From the NCBI RefSeq assembly GCF_000002075.1, contig NW_004797808.1, positions 260,102-324,101 on the forward strand: 64,000 nt of DNA. Direction: 5' to 3'. Shown here in pieces: positions 48,441-60,410 of the stretch. Made by a program: the position numbers and the translations under genes. The notes beneath the pieces were generated by a model. It saw only the letters and a list, made by a program, of their open reading frames with translations. It was not told the DNA's origin and searched no databases. This stretch comes from Aplysia californica (Eukaryota). Position 1 is the stretch's first letter; the number at the start of each line of letters is the position of its first letter.

Positions 48441-51400
48441 CGTCTGCCTTGTGATATAACTGACCAACCCACAAAATTTGAAATTTTTTAAAATTGTCCC
48501 GTTCGATAGTAAATTGTCCATTTCATATGCCCACTCAAAGGCAGATCTGAATTTTGTCAAGAAATGTCTTTAAAACATTAGAAATAAAACCACACAACCC
48601 GGCACTGATTGGATAGCTTGATAATTCCAACTATCCCACATACGAGGGAGGGAATGAGGGTTGGATGTTTTTGTCGAGCTAACAACGAGGGGCCACGTGT
48701 TACGTTACCGACTAACCCAGACTTCGACTCGTCTCCGGACTTCGTTTGACATCCCATTCAGACCTGTGATAGTCCAGAATTCGCTAACGTAAATGTGAGA
48801 GCTCTCCAAAAAGGAATACCTGTTGTTGTTTCATTGGGGAGTTATATAGATCTAGTTGTTTCCTCTTTATAATGCTGCTGATAATGGTATTGATGACTAA
48901 AACTACCCACTGTTCCCACAGAGATGTTTATCTCTTGACCATGCCGGTATTTAAAATGCATCTTTTTGGATTTTTTTAATATGACACTTTTTTTCGTTAC
49001 AGACTAACCCCGACTTCGACTCGTCCCCGGACTTCGTTTGACATCATATTCAGACCTGTGATAGTCCAGAATTCGCTCACGTAAACGTGAGAGCTCTCCA
49101 AAAAGGAATAATTTGTGGTTTCACTGGGGAGTTACATAGATCTAGTCGTTTCCTCCTTTTTTCTTCGTTTTTAATGCTGCTGATAATGTTATTGATGACT
49201 ACAACTACCCACTGTTCTCATAGAACTGTTTATCTCTTGACCATGCCGGTATTTAAAATGCATCTTTTTGGATTTTTATTTTATATGACACTTTTTTTCC
49301 TGTCCATGTGCTCTTCCTTGCCTTTGTACTGGAAAGTCACCAAATTGCGAAGGCATTTTCCCCTATTCAGACTACTGTCTCTTCTCCTAATCAATCTTTT
49401 TCTTAGCAAATGAATTGGCGAAGTTGAAAGCATTTCATTCCTTGCTAACTCACTCAGAAAAAAAATTGTGTGACCTGTCTAGCACATCGCCTGCCTCCAA
49501 CAATCATTGTTGTTTTAAGTGCTTCTTCCTTTTTTTTCATTTGCATTGTTTATTGAAGTCATTTTTTTATAATACCTTCTGAAACATCTTTCGACTTTCT
49601 TTGATAGTTTATTTCGTTTGTGTTTTGTATAGATTATTTTCTCAGTGTCATATAATGCTCTATCCTTAAATCAAACCCTAACTTACAAAACCATATAACA
49701 TTCCATGACATGATGCCACTCTTCCTGCGTCACCGCTGACCCTCCGCGCAGTAGAAAGTGATCAACAAGACCAGGCTAATGTCACACCAGCTGATGATAC
49801 AACCGTTATATCACCCTTGATCTCTGCAAAAAGGACACGCGATGAAAACGGTTGGAAGGGTAACAAAAGGAAGATATTGAAAGAACTGGGGATGCCTCTA
49901 CGCATGTCAAGTCACAAGAGAGCAGGGTGTGAACTTAACGACCGTTGCAGTTGTCAACTGGTTAGTACAAAAAGCAATGACATCGCTGGTCACTCTCTTG
50001 GAAGATAAAGAGAGCCTACGTATATATGCCATGATAAACAGTCTGACCAACTGGGTCAGAAAAAAAAACCAAAAGCCCCCCAAGAACACATCATGCCCAC
50101 CACGAGAGAGCCAAGGATTATATGTCTTTCCATAAAGAGGATTTTTTAAACAAACTTTCGAAGATACCCTCCTATATGCAGATGTCAATCCAGAACACGT
50201 CAGATCTGCATCAAGTGTCAATGGAGAAATTTGCAGAGAGGCTGAAAGCAACATTGAGCTGTCAAGTGTTCTGCCAAAAGTTCAAGAAAAACAATTTTAG
50301 TTTACTTCCAACCAAGAAGTACCAGTGCGACATTTGTACCAGCTTCAAATCTGGAAACCTCAAAGAAACAGAATATGCAGCTTATGAAATATGAATATGA
50401 TTAACGCTGCATCTCGAGCAGAAAAGGAGAAGGACAGGGGGGCTGCACTGAACCCAGAGAACAAAGTGTGTGTCTTTTGTATGGAGACCCAGTGCGTCCT
50501 TCTGGCACCATTTCCAAAGACATTTGCCTTATATTATAAAACAAAACTGGCAGTACACAATTTTACGATTTAGGATCTTGCTACCAGAGACGCCAGTTGA
50601 TACGCCAGGGATGAAAGTGACACTGGTCTGAGCTCCAACAGTTTTCATCATGTCTGACTCACTACCTAAGATTGCGAGCGAATGACTTCAACCACTTCAT
50701 CATCTACAGTGATGAGTGCAAACACCAAAAAAGAAATGCCACTCTAGATAGTGCAATGGCGTCGCTGGCCAAAGAGATTGACATCACAGTTGAGCAATAA
50801 TTCTCGCCGAGGGCCATACCCAAATGGAGGTTGATTCAGTCAATGGCACTATAGAGCGATCGCTAAGAAACCGCACTGATTTACATCCCAGTGGACTACG
50901 TGAACATCCTGCTCCAAGCCAGACGCATCCCCAGGCCCTATGAAGTTATGTATCTGGACCACAGCTTTCTCAAAGATTTCCCAAAGGCCAGAGAGTACTA
51001 AACGATTCGCCCCGCCCGGGGAGAAAAGCAGGCGACCCTACTGTCACTGACTTGCAGGCATCAAAGTACACTCCAGTCTTTAAAATTCAGTACAAGTTGA
51101 ACTTTGATGATGAATGGCAGGTGCTGCAGGGACCAACAAAGCTGAACACCCTGTGAACCACAATTACTGCTGGACCTCTCTACAAAGAGAGTGAAGATAG
51201 CAGCTAGGCAGTATAAGCATCTACAAGAGTTGAAGGCTGTTGTACCACAATGCTACCACAATTACTATGACACTTTGCCTCAGTAAGAAGCTTTGAAAGC
51301 GATCAAGTCAAATTTGATTATTGTAGAGTCTGTCAAAACAATGGTGGCTTTTTGTTGTATTGCTTTGTTATGGCCATAGGGCACAGAGAGAGTGAGACAG

Positions 51401-52367
51401 ACATGCTCTTCTATTGTTGAGAAAACTCAATAAAGTAGTTGTTGTCAAGCCACACACCTTGAAGAAAGTTGGCGCATTCTTCTTTGATACTTACAAAGTT
51501 TTTTTGCATAATAATATTATAGTATTACTATTACGTAACCAGCTTCCCTCAAACCATTGCAGAGGTAGCTGAGCTTTTGTGTGGCTTTCTGCTTTCATTT
51601 CTTTCTAAGTATTACTTTTCCCCCCATCATTTGAATGACCTGCCAGTGTCAATAGTAGCGTGTCAGACACTGTCATAAATTCTAAAGGCCTGCTGCTGCT
51701 GCTACTACTGTAGTTGTTGCTGCTGTAGCTGCTCTCCCTTACCCGTTGAACCTCCTGCTCTTCTAATTCAAATGTAGTTAATAGACCCATTACTGTGTTC
51801 TGCTTCTGGTAAATGGTCAACCTTGTGACTGCTGTTTTTGCCTGAATTGACTCCATGGCACTGAAAATACAGCAGCTGACAGCATGGTGGTAGCGACAAA
51901 ATTGTCGTCCTCCTCTTCCTTTTTCTTCTTCTCCTCCACTTACCCCTCTTTTTTTTCTTCCCTTCCTCCTCCCCCTCCTCCTTCTGATGATGATGAAACA
52001 TGTAACACAAAAGATCACGACAATTGAAACAATAGATCAAATTATATGTTACCGACAAGTGCGGCTTGGCTGCACTTAAGCCCAGCAGTGGCTTCCTGAT
52101 AAAAAAGGCCAACCCACAAAATTGAGGATTGGTCGGTTTTATCCGGAAAAATTTGAGCGCCATAACCGTCCAACCAACACAGTTTCATTAAAAGCAATTT
52201 TTAAAGTAAAAAAAGGTCTACAGTTTTTCGGTATAGTAAAGTGTTTTTATAGGTGTTTACAGCACTGATTTATCGTTAGACACCTCTGTTTTGAAATAAA
52301 ACAGTTTTTTCCTTCTCCTGTAACATTTACCCTGCTGGGATTAGTTGATTTTATCACAAGGCTGAAG
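48441..52367 (+). mobile_element. Decayed Sola1-like DNA transposon (about 3.9 kb)
   Basis: TIRs cgtctgccttgtgata / tatcacaaggctgaag with ATAT on both sides (4-bp AWWT-like TSD). Transposase remnants at about 50050-51290: KYQCDIC, QCVLLAP...LYYKTKLAVHNFTI, YSDEC, GHTQMEVDSV..TIER. Internal duplication of about 280 bp (48712-48990 vs 49004-49296). Confidence 0.85.
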
Positions 52368-52752
52368 ATATATATATCGATCGACATGCGGTTTTCACCA
52401 AAAAATTCTTTAAGATATTCTCCAGATCATGATGCCCTTGGTTTTTTCAGTTTTGAGACGATTTTGTTGCAAAAAGATAAATTTCTTTATTTCGCCGATC
52501 GCTTTTTTGTAGGCCGACGCTTCTGTCTCTGAAATTTTAGAAACTCCGGAAGTGATATTCCGCTAGGCGCATTTTGTTTTGAGAGTATAGATCTAGACCT
52601 TTTCATTTTTTGAATCTCATGATTTATTTCCCCATTCCAGTAAAGTGTAAATATAGTAGGTCAATTACTTTTAGTTGATATTAATGCACCGATCATTCCT
52701 TTCATCGAAAGGGGGCCCAGCTAGTATATATATACTATATATATATATATGT

Positions 52753-53180
52753 GAGGCAGCGTGGTGGAATCAGGCTCTCGTCAAAATAATCAAAGTGAAG
52801 AAACTTGCATTTTTACGCAGATTTGTGAATTTTTATCAAATTTTTGTTTTTTGGCTCAACACCTTTCAAGCCCATTTAACAACTAATTTCTGTGTGGATT
52901 TTTCTGAAAAACGTTGATTAAAGGCACAAAAAATGTAAATTTTCAGTTACCACGGACTCTTAAGCTAAGGAAATAACTAAACTTTGGCGGTCATTTTCTC
53001 ACTAATTTTACCTCTGAAAACAGGTGACCCCCACCTCCTTCTTTCATAAATATCTGAACTTGTATTCAAGATAAATGGATATTGTTTTCATCCAAATAAA
53101 GACAAGTGAACAAGCTTTAAGAAGATACCAATAACTCTACAGGCCCAAAAATTGACGAGAGCCTGATTCCACCACGCTGC

Positions 53181-53183
<3 letters not shown>
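52753..53183. mobile_element. MITE with 32-bp TIRs and GAG...CTC termini (Sola-like)
   Basis: gaggcagcgtggtggaatcaggctctcgtcaa / ttgacgagagcctgattccaccacgctgcctc, inserted in an (AT)n run. Confidence 0.85.
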
Positions 53184-53238
<55 letters not shown>

Positions 53239-53240
<2 letters not shown>

Positions 53241-54017
53241 GTCAAACCTGCCCTGACGGCCACCTCTATAAGACGGCCACTTTCCATTTCCCCCCTTGCG
53301 TTTTTTCTATATAATTTAACTGTGTAAAACGGGCACCTGTCCAACGCGGCCACCCTATTTTAACACACAACCCCTATTACACTAAGCAATAACACCTGTC
53401 TTTGACGGCAACCTTAGTGACTCCATTACGTTTTGTCACAAATTGTGCATTGGCCCCTGGCGTTGTGGGCGAGTCGTCATAATTCAATCACCTGTTGTTG
53501 TTAGGTAGTCCTGCAACCGATCATGTTGTGTAGGCCCTTCCCACTGTTGACCAACAGCTACCAATTTTCAGCTGCTGGTGAGGTAAGCGTTTGATCCCTC
53601 ATTACCCATAAGCCCCGCCCAGAACTCAAACACAAATCGTAAGTGAGATGAGTGGTCACTGTTTACCCAATCTGTAACAAAGTAACATTGGATGTCAACA
53701 TGAACATGTGACAGAAGCGTCGCTCGTTCTCCGAGTGGTGGCGACCCATGTGTTTGTTTTAACATTGCACTCGGTCTTCCTTGTCTGATACATTTTGTTT
53801 TATTGTCACCCTTGCGCAAAATCAGCAACAAAATAAAAATTACAAACAAAATGCAAACCAACAACAACAACAACAACAAAATCAACAACAACAGTGCGGC
53901 TACTTTCGATTAGGACCTCAGATGGGAATGGTTTGTTTTCTTCATCTGTATCAGAACTGCCTAAGACGGCCACTTTTCTCCTTGACAATGGGTGGCCGTC
54001 TTACACAGGTTTGACTG
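53239..54017. mobile_element. pogo/Tigger-type MITE, full copy
   Basis: cagtcaaacctgccctgacggccacc ... ggtggccgtcttacacaggtttgactg|TA. Confidence 0.9.
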
Positions 54018-54025
54018 TATATATA

Positions 54026-54772
54026 TTGTCGAACCTGCCATAATGGAAACCTGTCTCAACAGGAATCTCCCCCCCCCCCCGGTATATTTCTCTTTAATTA
54101 CCAGTATAACAAAAACTCGCAAGTTTGGTTCTGCCGGCTCTATAAACGCCATGGCCATGCCGCTGGGCGAGGAAGGGGAGTAGGGGTGCAATTTGGGAGT
54201 AGATACTACCCCATCATGTGAGCCCTGAGCGATGCAGACGGCCAGGGTAGTGTGGGCGTGAAATCTCACGATTGCCCTAGAGAGTGCTCGAGTAGCGAGC
54301 CACTATGGAAACTTTCTTGGGTAGCCAGAAGCCAATGGTGTGAAATTAGTTTGACCAATGCCTGCCACCCTGATCGTACGCCATCCGAGAAAAGAGTCGA
54401 ATCGTTGTTACATGATGGCAGTGAGGGGTGGCATTGGTTGACAGTGCTTGTTACACCGATGGGTGGGGCTAAGAGTGGAAGCAAAGGAGACGTTCAAACG
54501 TTTCTGCTTTTAATAGGTCAAACAGTGGTCTTATGAAAGGCAAGCACTGGTGGTAATTGGATAAGTAAGAGTGAAGCATGTCATTATCAGACAGGATGGC
54601 AGTTGAGAGGTGTGAAGTTTTGACCAGAGCTTGCCGATCGGACAAGCCATCCTTCATCCCACCGGCAGGGCCTTTGAATCTCCCCCCACTTCCATCTTCC
54701 CCATAATTCCCCTGTCTAAGACGGAATTTTTTTCTGGCTCCCTTGCGATTCCGTCTTACACAGGTTCGACTG
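54026..54772. mobile_element. pogo/Tigger-type MITE, full copy
   Basis: ..gtcgaacctgcc ... caggttcgactg|TA. Relatives at 41923 and 55665. Confidence 0.88.
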
Positions 54773-54908
54773 TATACAAAACAGAAGCGTACAAGATCAA
54801 TGTGGCTGGACACAAATATCCTTTAAAAATGGTTAAGTACAAATTATACGTCTCAAACATTAATATATTTAGCATATATTCTATCAGATTGTAAACTGAG
54901 CCTTTTAC

Positions 54909-55023
54909 CTTCCTCAGCTACAGTCGTCTTTCCGGGATCCAAAAACTGTTTTTGAGACAAGAAGTGTGCGAAAATGTCCCCCAGGGCTTTGCAGCTGGCA
55001 CTTATCACCACACTGTCATCACT
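54909..55023 (-). CDS. NOC4L: NOC4L exon 2: SDDSVVISASCKALGDIFAHFLSQKQFLDPGKTTVAEE
   Basis: Resembles SEDQEEIQEAVRTCSRLFGALL. Phase 0-1. Confidence 0.82.
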
Positions 55024-55664
55024 CTGATAAAAAAGAAGTATGAAAATTAGTTACTGGTAACGTATTAAGTTAAAGAGCATCTTTAACATGTGTGCAATAA
55101 ATAATAAGTCAATAACTCAGGTCAATTAGATGAGAAAAAAAAGTGTATTCAATTACAGCATTAAAATTGGCAGTGATAAACTTGTAGAAAATGGGCGCTA
55201 TGTCCTTGAACTTTCATCCCGAGATTGCCTAATGCCAAATAACAGCTGTTCTGTGTTTGCCATCGGCAGAAACGGGAGCCATCTTTTCAATAAAAATATA
55301 TCAGATGGCAGGACATTATTGAGCTTTTGTATTAGTCAGTCATAGGGAGGAGCAGGACATTCAAAAAATCATCTGAAAGTTTCGGGTTTTGAACAGTAGA
55401 TTACTTAAGCATCTGTGAATGATTCTCCCTCGCGCCCCGGAATAATTTGTTTTGTGAAAGTCACATTCATTTCACAGTGCTCATTTCCAGGCTTTGTTTA
55501 TAAGGAAATTCCTTTTTCAGAATATCTTAATGAAGAATACATAGGACCACGCTTTTCAGAAACTTTTCAACCAGACACTATCAATAGACATGTTCTTGTT
55601 CTTAAAGAATTAAAGTTGTTTCAAGGGCTCCATTGTTTGGAAAGGCATCCATATCTCTAAACTT

Positions 55665-56301
55665 AACGCCATGGCCATGCCGCTAGGTGAGGAAAGGGAG
55701 AAGGGGTGCAATTTGGGGGTAGATGTTACCCCAAAATGTGAGCCCTGAGCGATGCAGATGGTCAGTGTAGTGTGGATGTGAAATCTCACGATTGCCCGTG
55801 AGAGTGCTCGAGTAGCGAGCCACTACGGAAACTTTCCTGGGTAGCCAGAAGCCAGAGGTGTGAAATTAGATTGACCAATGCCTGAAACCCTGATTGTACG
55901 CCAGCCGAGATGGCGAGAAAAGAGCTCCTCGAATCGTTGTTACATGATGGCAGTGAGGGGTGGCATTGGTTGACTGCTTGTTACACCAATGGGTGGAGCT
56001 AAGGGTGGAAGTAAAGGATATGTTCAAATGTTTCTGTTTTCAATAGGTCAAACAGTGGTCCTATCATGAAAGGCAAGCACTGGTGGTAATTGGCTAAGTA
56101 AGAGTGACGTATGTCATTACCAGACAGGATAGCAGTTGACAGGTGTGAAGTTTTGACCACTGGTAACCGATCAGACAAGCTATCCTTGATCCCACTGGCA
56201 AGGCCTTTGACCCCCCCCCCTCTCCATCTCCCCCTAAATTCCCCTGTCTAAGACGGATTTTTCTGGTCCCCTTGGAATTCCGTCTTATACAGGTTCGACT
56301 G
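55665..56301. mobile_element. pogo/Tigger-type MITE, left-truncated copy
   Basis: Colinear with 54145-54772. Ends caggttcgactg|TA. Confidence 0.85.
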
Positions 56302-57955
56302 TATTTAATAAACATATTTCTGCTTGAGTTTGGGTGCATTTGCGGCATACTTCTAGAGTCGCCTGCGTAGGTACTACACAGAAGCGTAGGCTTGCCTACC
56401 CTCATTCAAAACACGTCAAGTTGAAGTTGGTAGCTCTAGGGGTTCGTTCAATAAAATTAGGAACAAATTGACCCACTTAGACATGAGGAGCTTGGAAGGA
56501 TAACCAGGAAACCACTCATTTTACTGTACATAATCTTTCAAATGAGTTTGAATTTATGAAAAATGATATTACCTAATAAAGTTTATAGATAGTTTTGAAT
56601 ACCATTTTGTGCAGGTAAAAAGAAGAATTAGAATGCAAAACATTCGCAAATTGACCTATACTATTTCTTTTCGACCCCCGGAATGTGTGTAACTACTTGT
56701 GACTTATCAACCTATGAGAGGGGATTGGATCTTGATCTATAACTTATTAATGTGTTCATAACACATTATGAATAGAAAGCTAAAGATAAAGTGTTGTTTT
56801 CAGACTTGGCATCGTTTCACTCGGTGGCAATTGACGCTACCTAAAAATATGGGGGGTTTCAGGGGGCATGCCCTTGTGTATGTAACCAGAATTTGATGTT
56901 TTGCAATTAGGTTTCATATTTTGCTTTGCTCACAGCGATCCAAACATCATATCGTCATGGGCAGCAAAAAGTAGTAATTTCCAACCATATAGAAAACACA
57001 TGTAATCAGTAATTGTATCGTTTAGTCAAATTTGACAGTCTAAGTAGATCTAGTCTAGATCTAGATGTAGAACTAATAATTGTTGAGGCCAAAACTGAAT
57101 TTCGCGGTTAAGTAGATTCAATAGTAGATCAAATGTAAGTCTCAACAGGGAGTCATATATAATATAGGCCCTTTAACTATTTCGAAGTGGCTATGGGTAC
57201 GGCCCTCCCGTACGCATAGCATCGAGGCTATGTGTACGCCCCTCCACTTCACATAATAAGCTAGGCTGTGTATGTGGCACATAATAAACCTGACACTTCA
57301 ACTACAAGTAGACAAACTTAAACCCAGGAAGTGCGCAGGCCCTTTATAAAGGGCGTAAGCCGGGCTACCCGGGAAGCCTTCTATATAGGGATGACCTACT
57401 TCGATTGGGAAGCGCGCAGCTATAAAGGGCATAGACGCTGACCATTTTTCAATGGAAAATTTCAGCATTCCTTATATGGAAAATGACATAGTATATTACA
57501 GGTCAATGTTATAAATAGTGACCAATGACTTTGCAAGTTATCTTGACCTCGTAGAGTGTCTCTTGACCAAAGATTGTACATAACAAAATAGTTCACTAAG
57601 CCAAAAAGGTGTCCACGGAAGAGGGCACCGCCGAATATTGAGGACACTTTTTTTAATTGGCCAAATTATAGAGGAGTGAACTATCTTGTTATACACGATC
57701 TTTGTCTTGGCCAAGATATTGATCGATAAAGTCACGCAGTCCAGCTGAGCGATTATCAAGGCCGTGAGCATACTTCTATCTAAATCTAAGGGCCTTTCCG
57801 TGCCTACGCAAAACATGCGATTAAACGTAGAAGGACGCAAGCTATTTTTAGGTGTAGTGCCCATCTTGTTTGACGTCAGACCAGGATACCCCTCCGATCA
57901 TGTGACTACATCTAAGTATAGGCAACCGCATGGCACCAAAGATGGAAATGTATTA

Positions 57956-58855
57956 CAGTAGTCTCCGCCTAAGATCCCACCTCCTACAATCCCGGTTCGC
58001 TTAAGATCCCGTTGTTTTAAGAAAACAGAATTTTTACTATACAAAAGTCACCCCTAAGATCCCGCTCTGATTCACTCTGAAGGTCTACATTCGGCTAAGA
58101 TCCCGCATTTCAGATCATAATTTGAGGAAAAAATAGTTGAGATAAATAAACAGTCCGTCGCGTCAAAGATCAACCACTATCGTGAATGTGATCACATACA
58201 CGTTGTACAACTCGATGAAGCGATACAATGTTAGCCCCAGACCGGATCACACCGTTTTTCTGAACATCGCACTCACACCTGAGCTCTCCACCTAAACTTA
58301 CATCACTCGCTGGGTGGGCAGGGCCTACACGTTCGCTCCAGACGGGATCACATTGAATGTCCCAGTGAACTCTTCCCTGACCATTGCAGAAGTTGTCTCT
58401 ACTCCCGAATTTTCGAGACAGGCTGAATTTAAATCGGTGTGTTCACAACGTAATGGTGTGTAACGACAAAGGCGGTTGGGGGGTAGGGGGGGGGACTCAG
58501 TCAGAGATGGAAAGCTATAAATTTTCAACAGGTAAGAGGGAGGGGCAACTGGTTACGCGTAGATCTTGAGACTCATGATAGGATAAAAAGCGAAAATGGC
58601 ACGCCTCATCCCACTATGCACTGTAATAGATAAGTCATCAAGGTTAACCACTCTTTGCTCGCAATATGCCATAAACCCACCAAGAGGTCATGTCAGTTCA
58701 TTTTAGAGTGGAGGGAGACAATTGTACCTATTGTGAGCCTTAACATGGATCACCATAGATTCTTCCCTGGGTTCATCGGTTAAGATCCCGGTTCGCCTTA
58801 GAAGATCCCGCATTTCCTTGCTCCCGATCACCGGGATCTTAGGCAGAGACTACTG
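57956..58855. mobile_element. pogo/Tigger-type MITE (900 bp)
   Basis: TA|cagtagtctccgcctaagatccc ... gggatcttaggcagagactactg|TA. Repeated taagatccc motifs. Confidence 0.9.
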
Positions 58856-58889
58856 TATATTAAGCTTAATCTACCTCTCGCTGTCAGAA

Positions 58890-58971
58890 GTTCTGATGGC
58901 CGAATAGACAGCGCGTCTGTGTTCAAAGTCATGCAAAGATTTTATGAGCGGTTCGATCCCGGTCCCGGCCA
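58890..58971 (+). pseudogene. tRNA-like sequence (degenerate)
   Basis: A-box-like tggccgaatag, B-box ggttcgatccc, ends ...ggcca followed by ttttt. Confidence 0.45.
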
Positions 58972-59107
58972 GTTTTTCTTTCTCTTCTCCTCCGCCCGAC
59001 TGACCAACAGTTTGTCCCATAAATTATAATTTGTTACTTTTAGTTTGAAATTTTAAAATGTATTAGTGATTAAAAATGCAGGGGGGGGGGGGGGGGGGTT
59101 AGTGTAG

Positions 59108-59864
59108 TAGATCTAAATTTAGATATCTAGATCTAGATATTATCTAGTCCTCCTGCGTCTTTACGGCAATTTTCGTGCGGTCTTCCATCATGTCCAGGTA
59201 GGCCTAATAGATCTAGATCTAGAATTTAGATCTAGATCTAATCTAGAATCTAGATTTAGAGATCTAATCTAGAATCTAGATCTAGATCTAATCTAGAATC
59301 TAGATTCTAGATCTAGATCTAGAAAATCCGAAATGTTACCGAAAACACGTCGTTCCATGTTTGGGTATCCCAGGAAGTGATGACATCAAATTACTAAAAT
59401 AAGCAGCCAATCAGAAAGATGCGTCATTTCTAAGTTTAACGGCATGTCAAAGCAACAGGCTATTTTAAGTCAAGACACAGACAGTCACAATCAACCACTA
59501 GAATTAGGGAAAAACTTCCGTAACGAGCAACCACCCCATCAAACACAATAAAGAAGAGGCCTAGACCTAACCCTACCCTTACCCCAAGCCCTCCCCCAAG
59601 CCCTCAATTCTGCTCTGTCTCATAGTGGTCGCTCTTTACTGAAGTCCTCCCAGAATTGGAATCTAGATCTATATCTAGATTCTAGATCTATATCTATGAT
59701 AACAATGATGGCAATGAGGACTACCTTCTACATCTAGACTCTAGATTTAGATCTAGATCTATGCGTGTAGATCTATTCCAGACTCTATATAATGTGACGA
59801 GTCTCGTGTCGATATTTTAGTTATCTTGCACAAATTCTACTTGCAGCCAGACAGTAGATCTAGA
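59108..59864. repeat. Cluster of (TAGATC)n-type arrays in NOC4L intron 1
   Basis: Arrays at 59108-59147, 59207-59323, 59661-59697, 59733-59775 and 59856-59864. Confidence 0.93.
59508..59650. mobile_element. Second copy of the 7255 MITE (9-bp TSD)
   Basis: Same TIRs and body. Flanks tagaattag / cagaattgg (7 of 9 match). Confidence 0.85.
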
Positions 59865-59921
59865 CTTATCCAACTATCATAGCATGGGTGCAAATGAAAA
59901 TCAGTGGACGAAATTGTTTAC

Positions 59922-60041
59922 CTGATTAAAACTCAAAATGTCCAGCAACAAATTGGCATTTTTATGATCACTCAGGATGGCTGCTGTTTTCTTCCGAATT
60001 GATTTCTCGGTGGTAGTGGAATTTTTCGTGCCTGCCATCAT
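59922..60041 (-). CDS. NOC4L: NOC4L (nucleolar complex protein 4 homolog) exon 1: MMAGTKNSTTTEKSIRKKTAAILSDHKNANLLLDILSFNQ
   Basis: Resembles AVLASRSEANAVFDILAVLQ. Donor CAG|gtaaac. The 14 exons sum to 1422 nt, i.e. 473 aa plus stop. Confidence 0.85.
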
Positions 60042-60064
60042 TGAATGTTGACTGAATTTATACC

Positions 60065-60410
60065 ATGCTGCTTCCGGTCCAGTTATAACTGTGAGGAAAA
60101 TGTCTAATAATAACCACCAATGAAAAAGTATCACTTCGAAAAGAAGCTTGAGAAGAGGTTGGTGCGCATGCGCTAATCGCGAAGACGTTCTCTTTGGAGG
60201 GAGAACCCTCGAGCACTCCACGTCTGAAAATATTTCATTTTTTGATAATTTCTTCCATGTGCAAAGTGGCCACTGGGTAAAAATGTTTAGCTAAGTGTCT
60301 GGTTCGGTTGGAATTGGGCTTTTTGGCCATGATGGAGGGCGAATGTGAGAGCATTTTGTAAAAACTATAGGTATGTATGACCAAATTCTCTTACTCAAAA
60401 TGGCGTCAGT
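60065..60410. promoter_or_regulatory. Putative NOC4L promoter (possibly bidirectional)
   Basis: ETS-type cttccggt at 60071-60078, NRF1-type tgcgcatgcgc at 60163-60173, and YY1-type caaaatggcg at 60396-60405 pointing away from NOC4L. Confidence 0.6.

Noticed and set aside
60042-60221. N-terminal extension of NOC4L suggested by ORF 59901-60221
   Set aside because: Non-ATG start, overlaps promoter motifs and has no similarity to NOC4.
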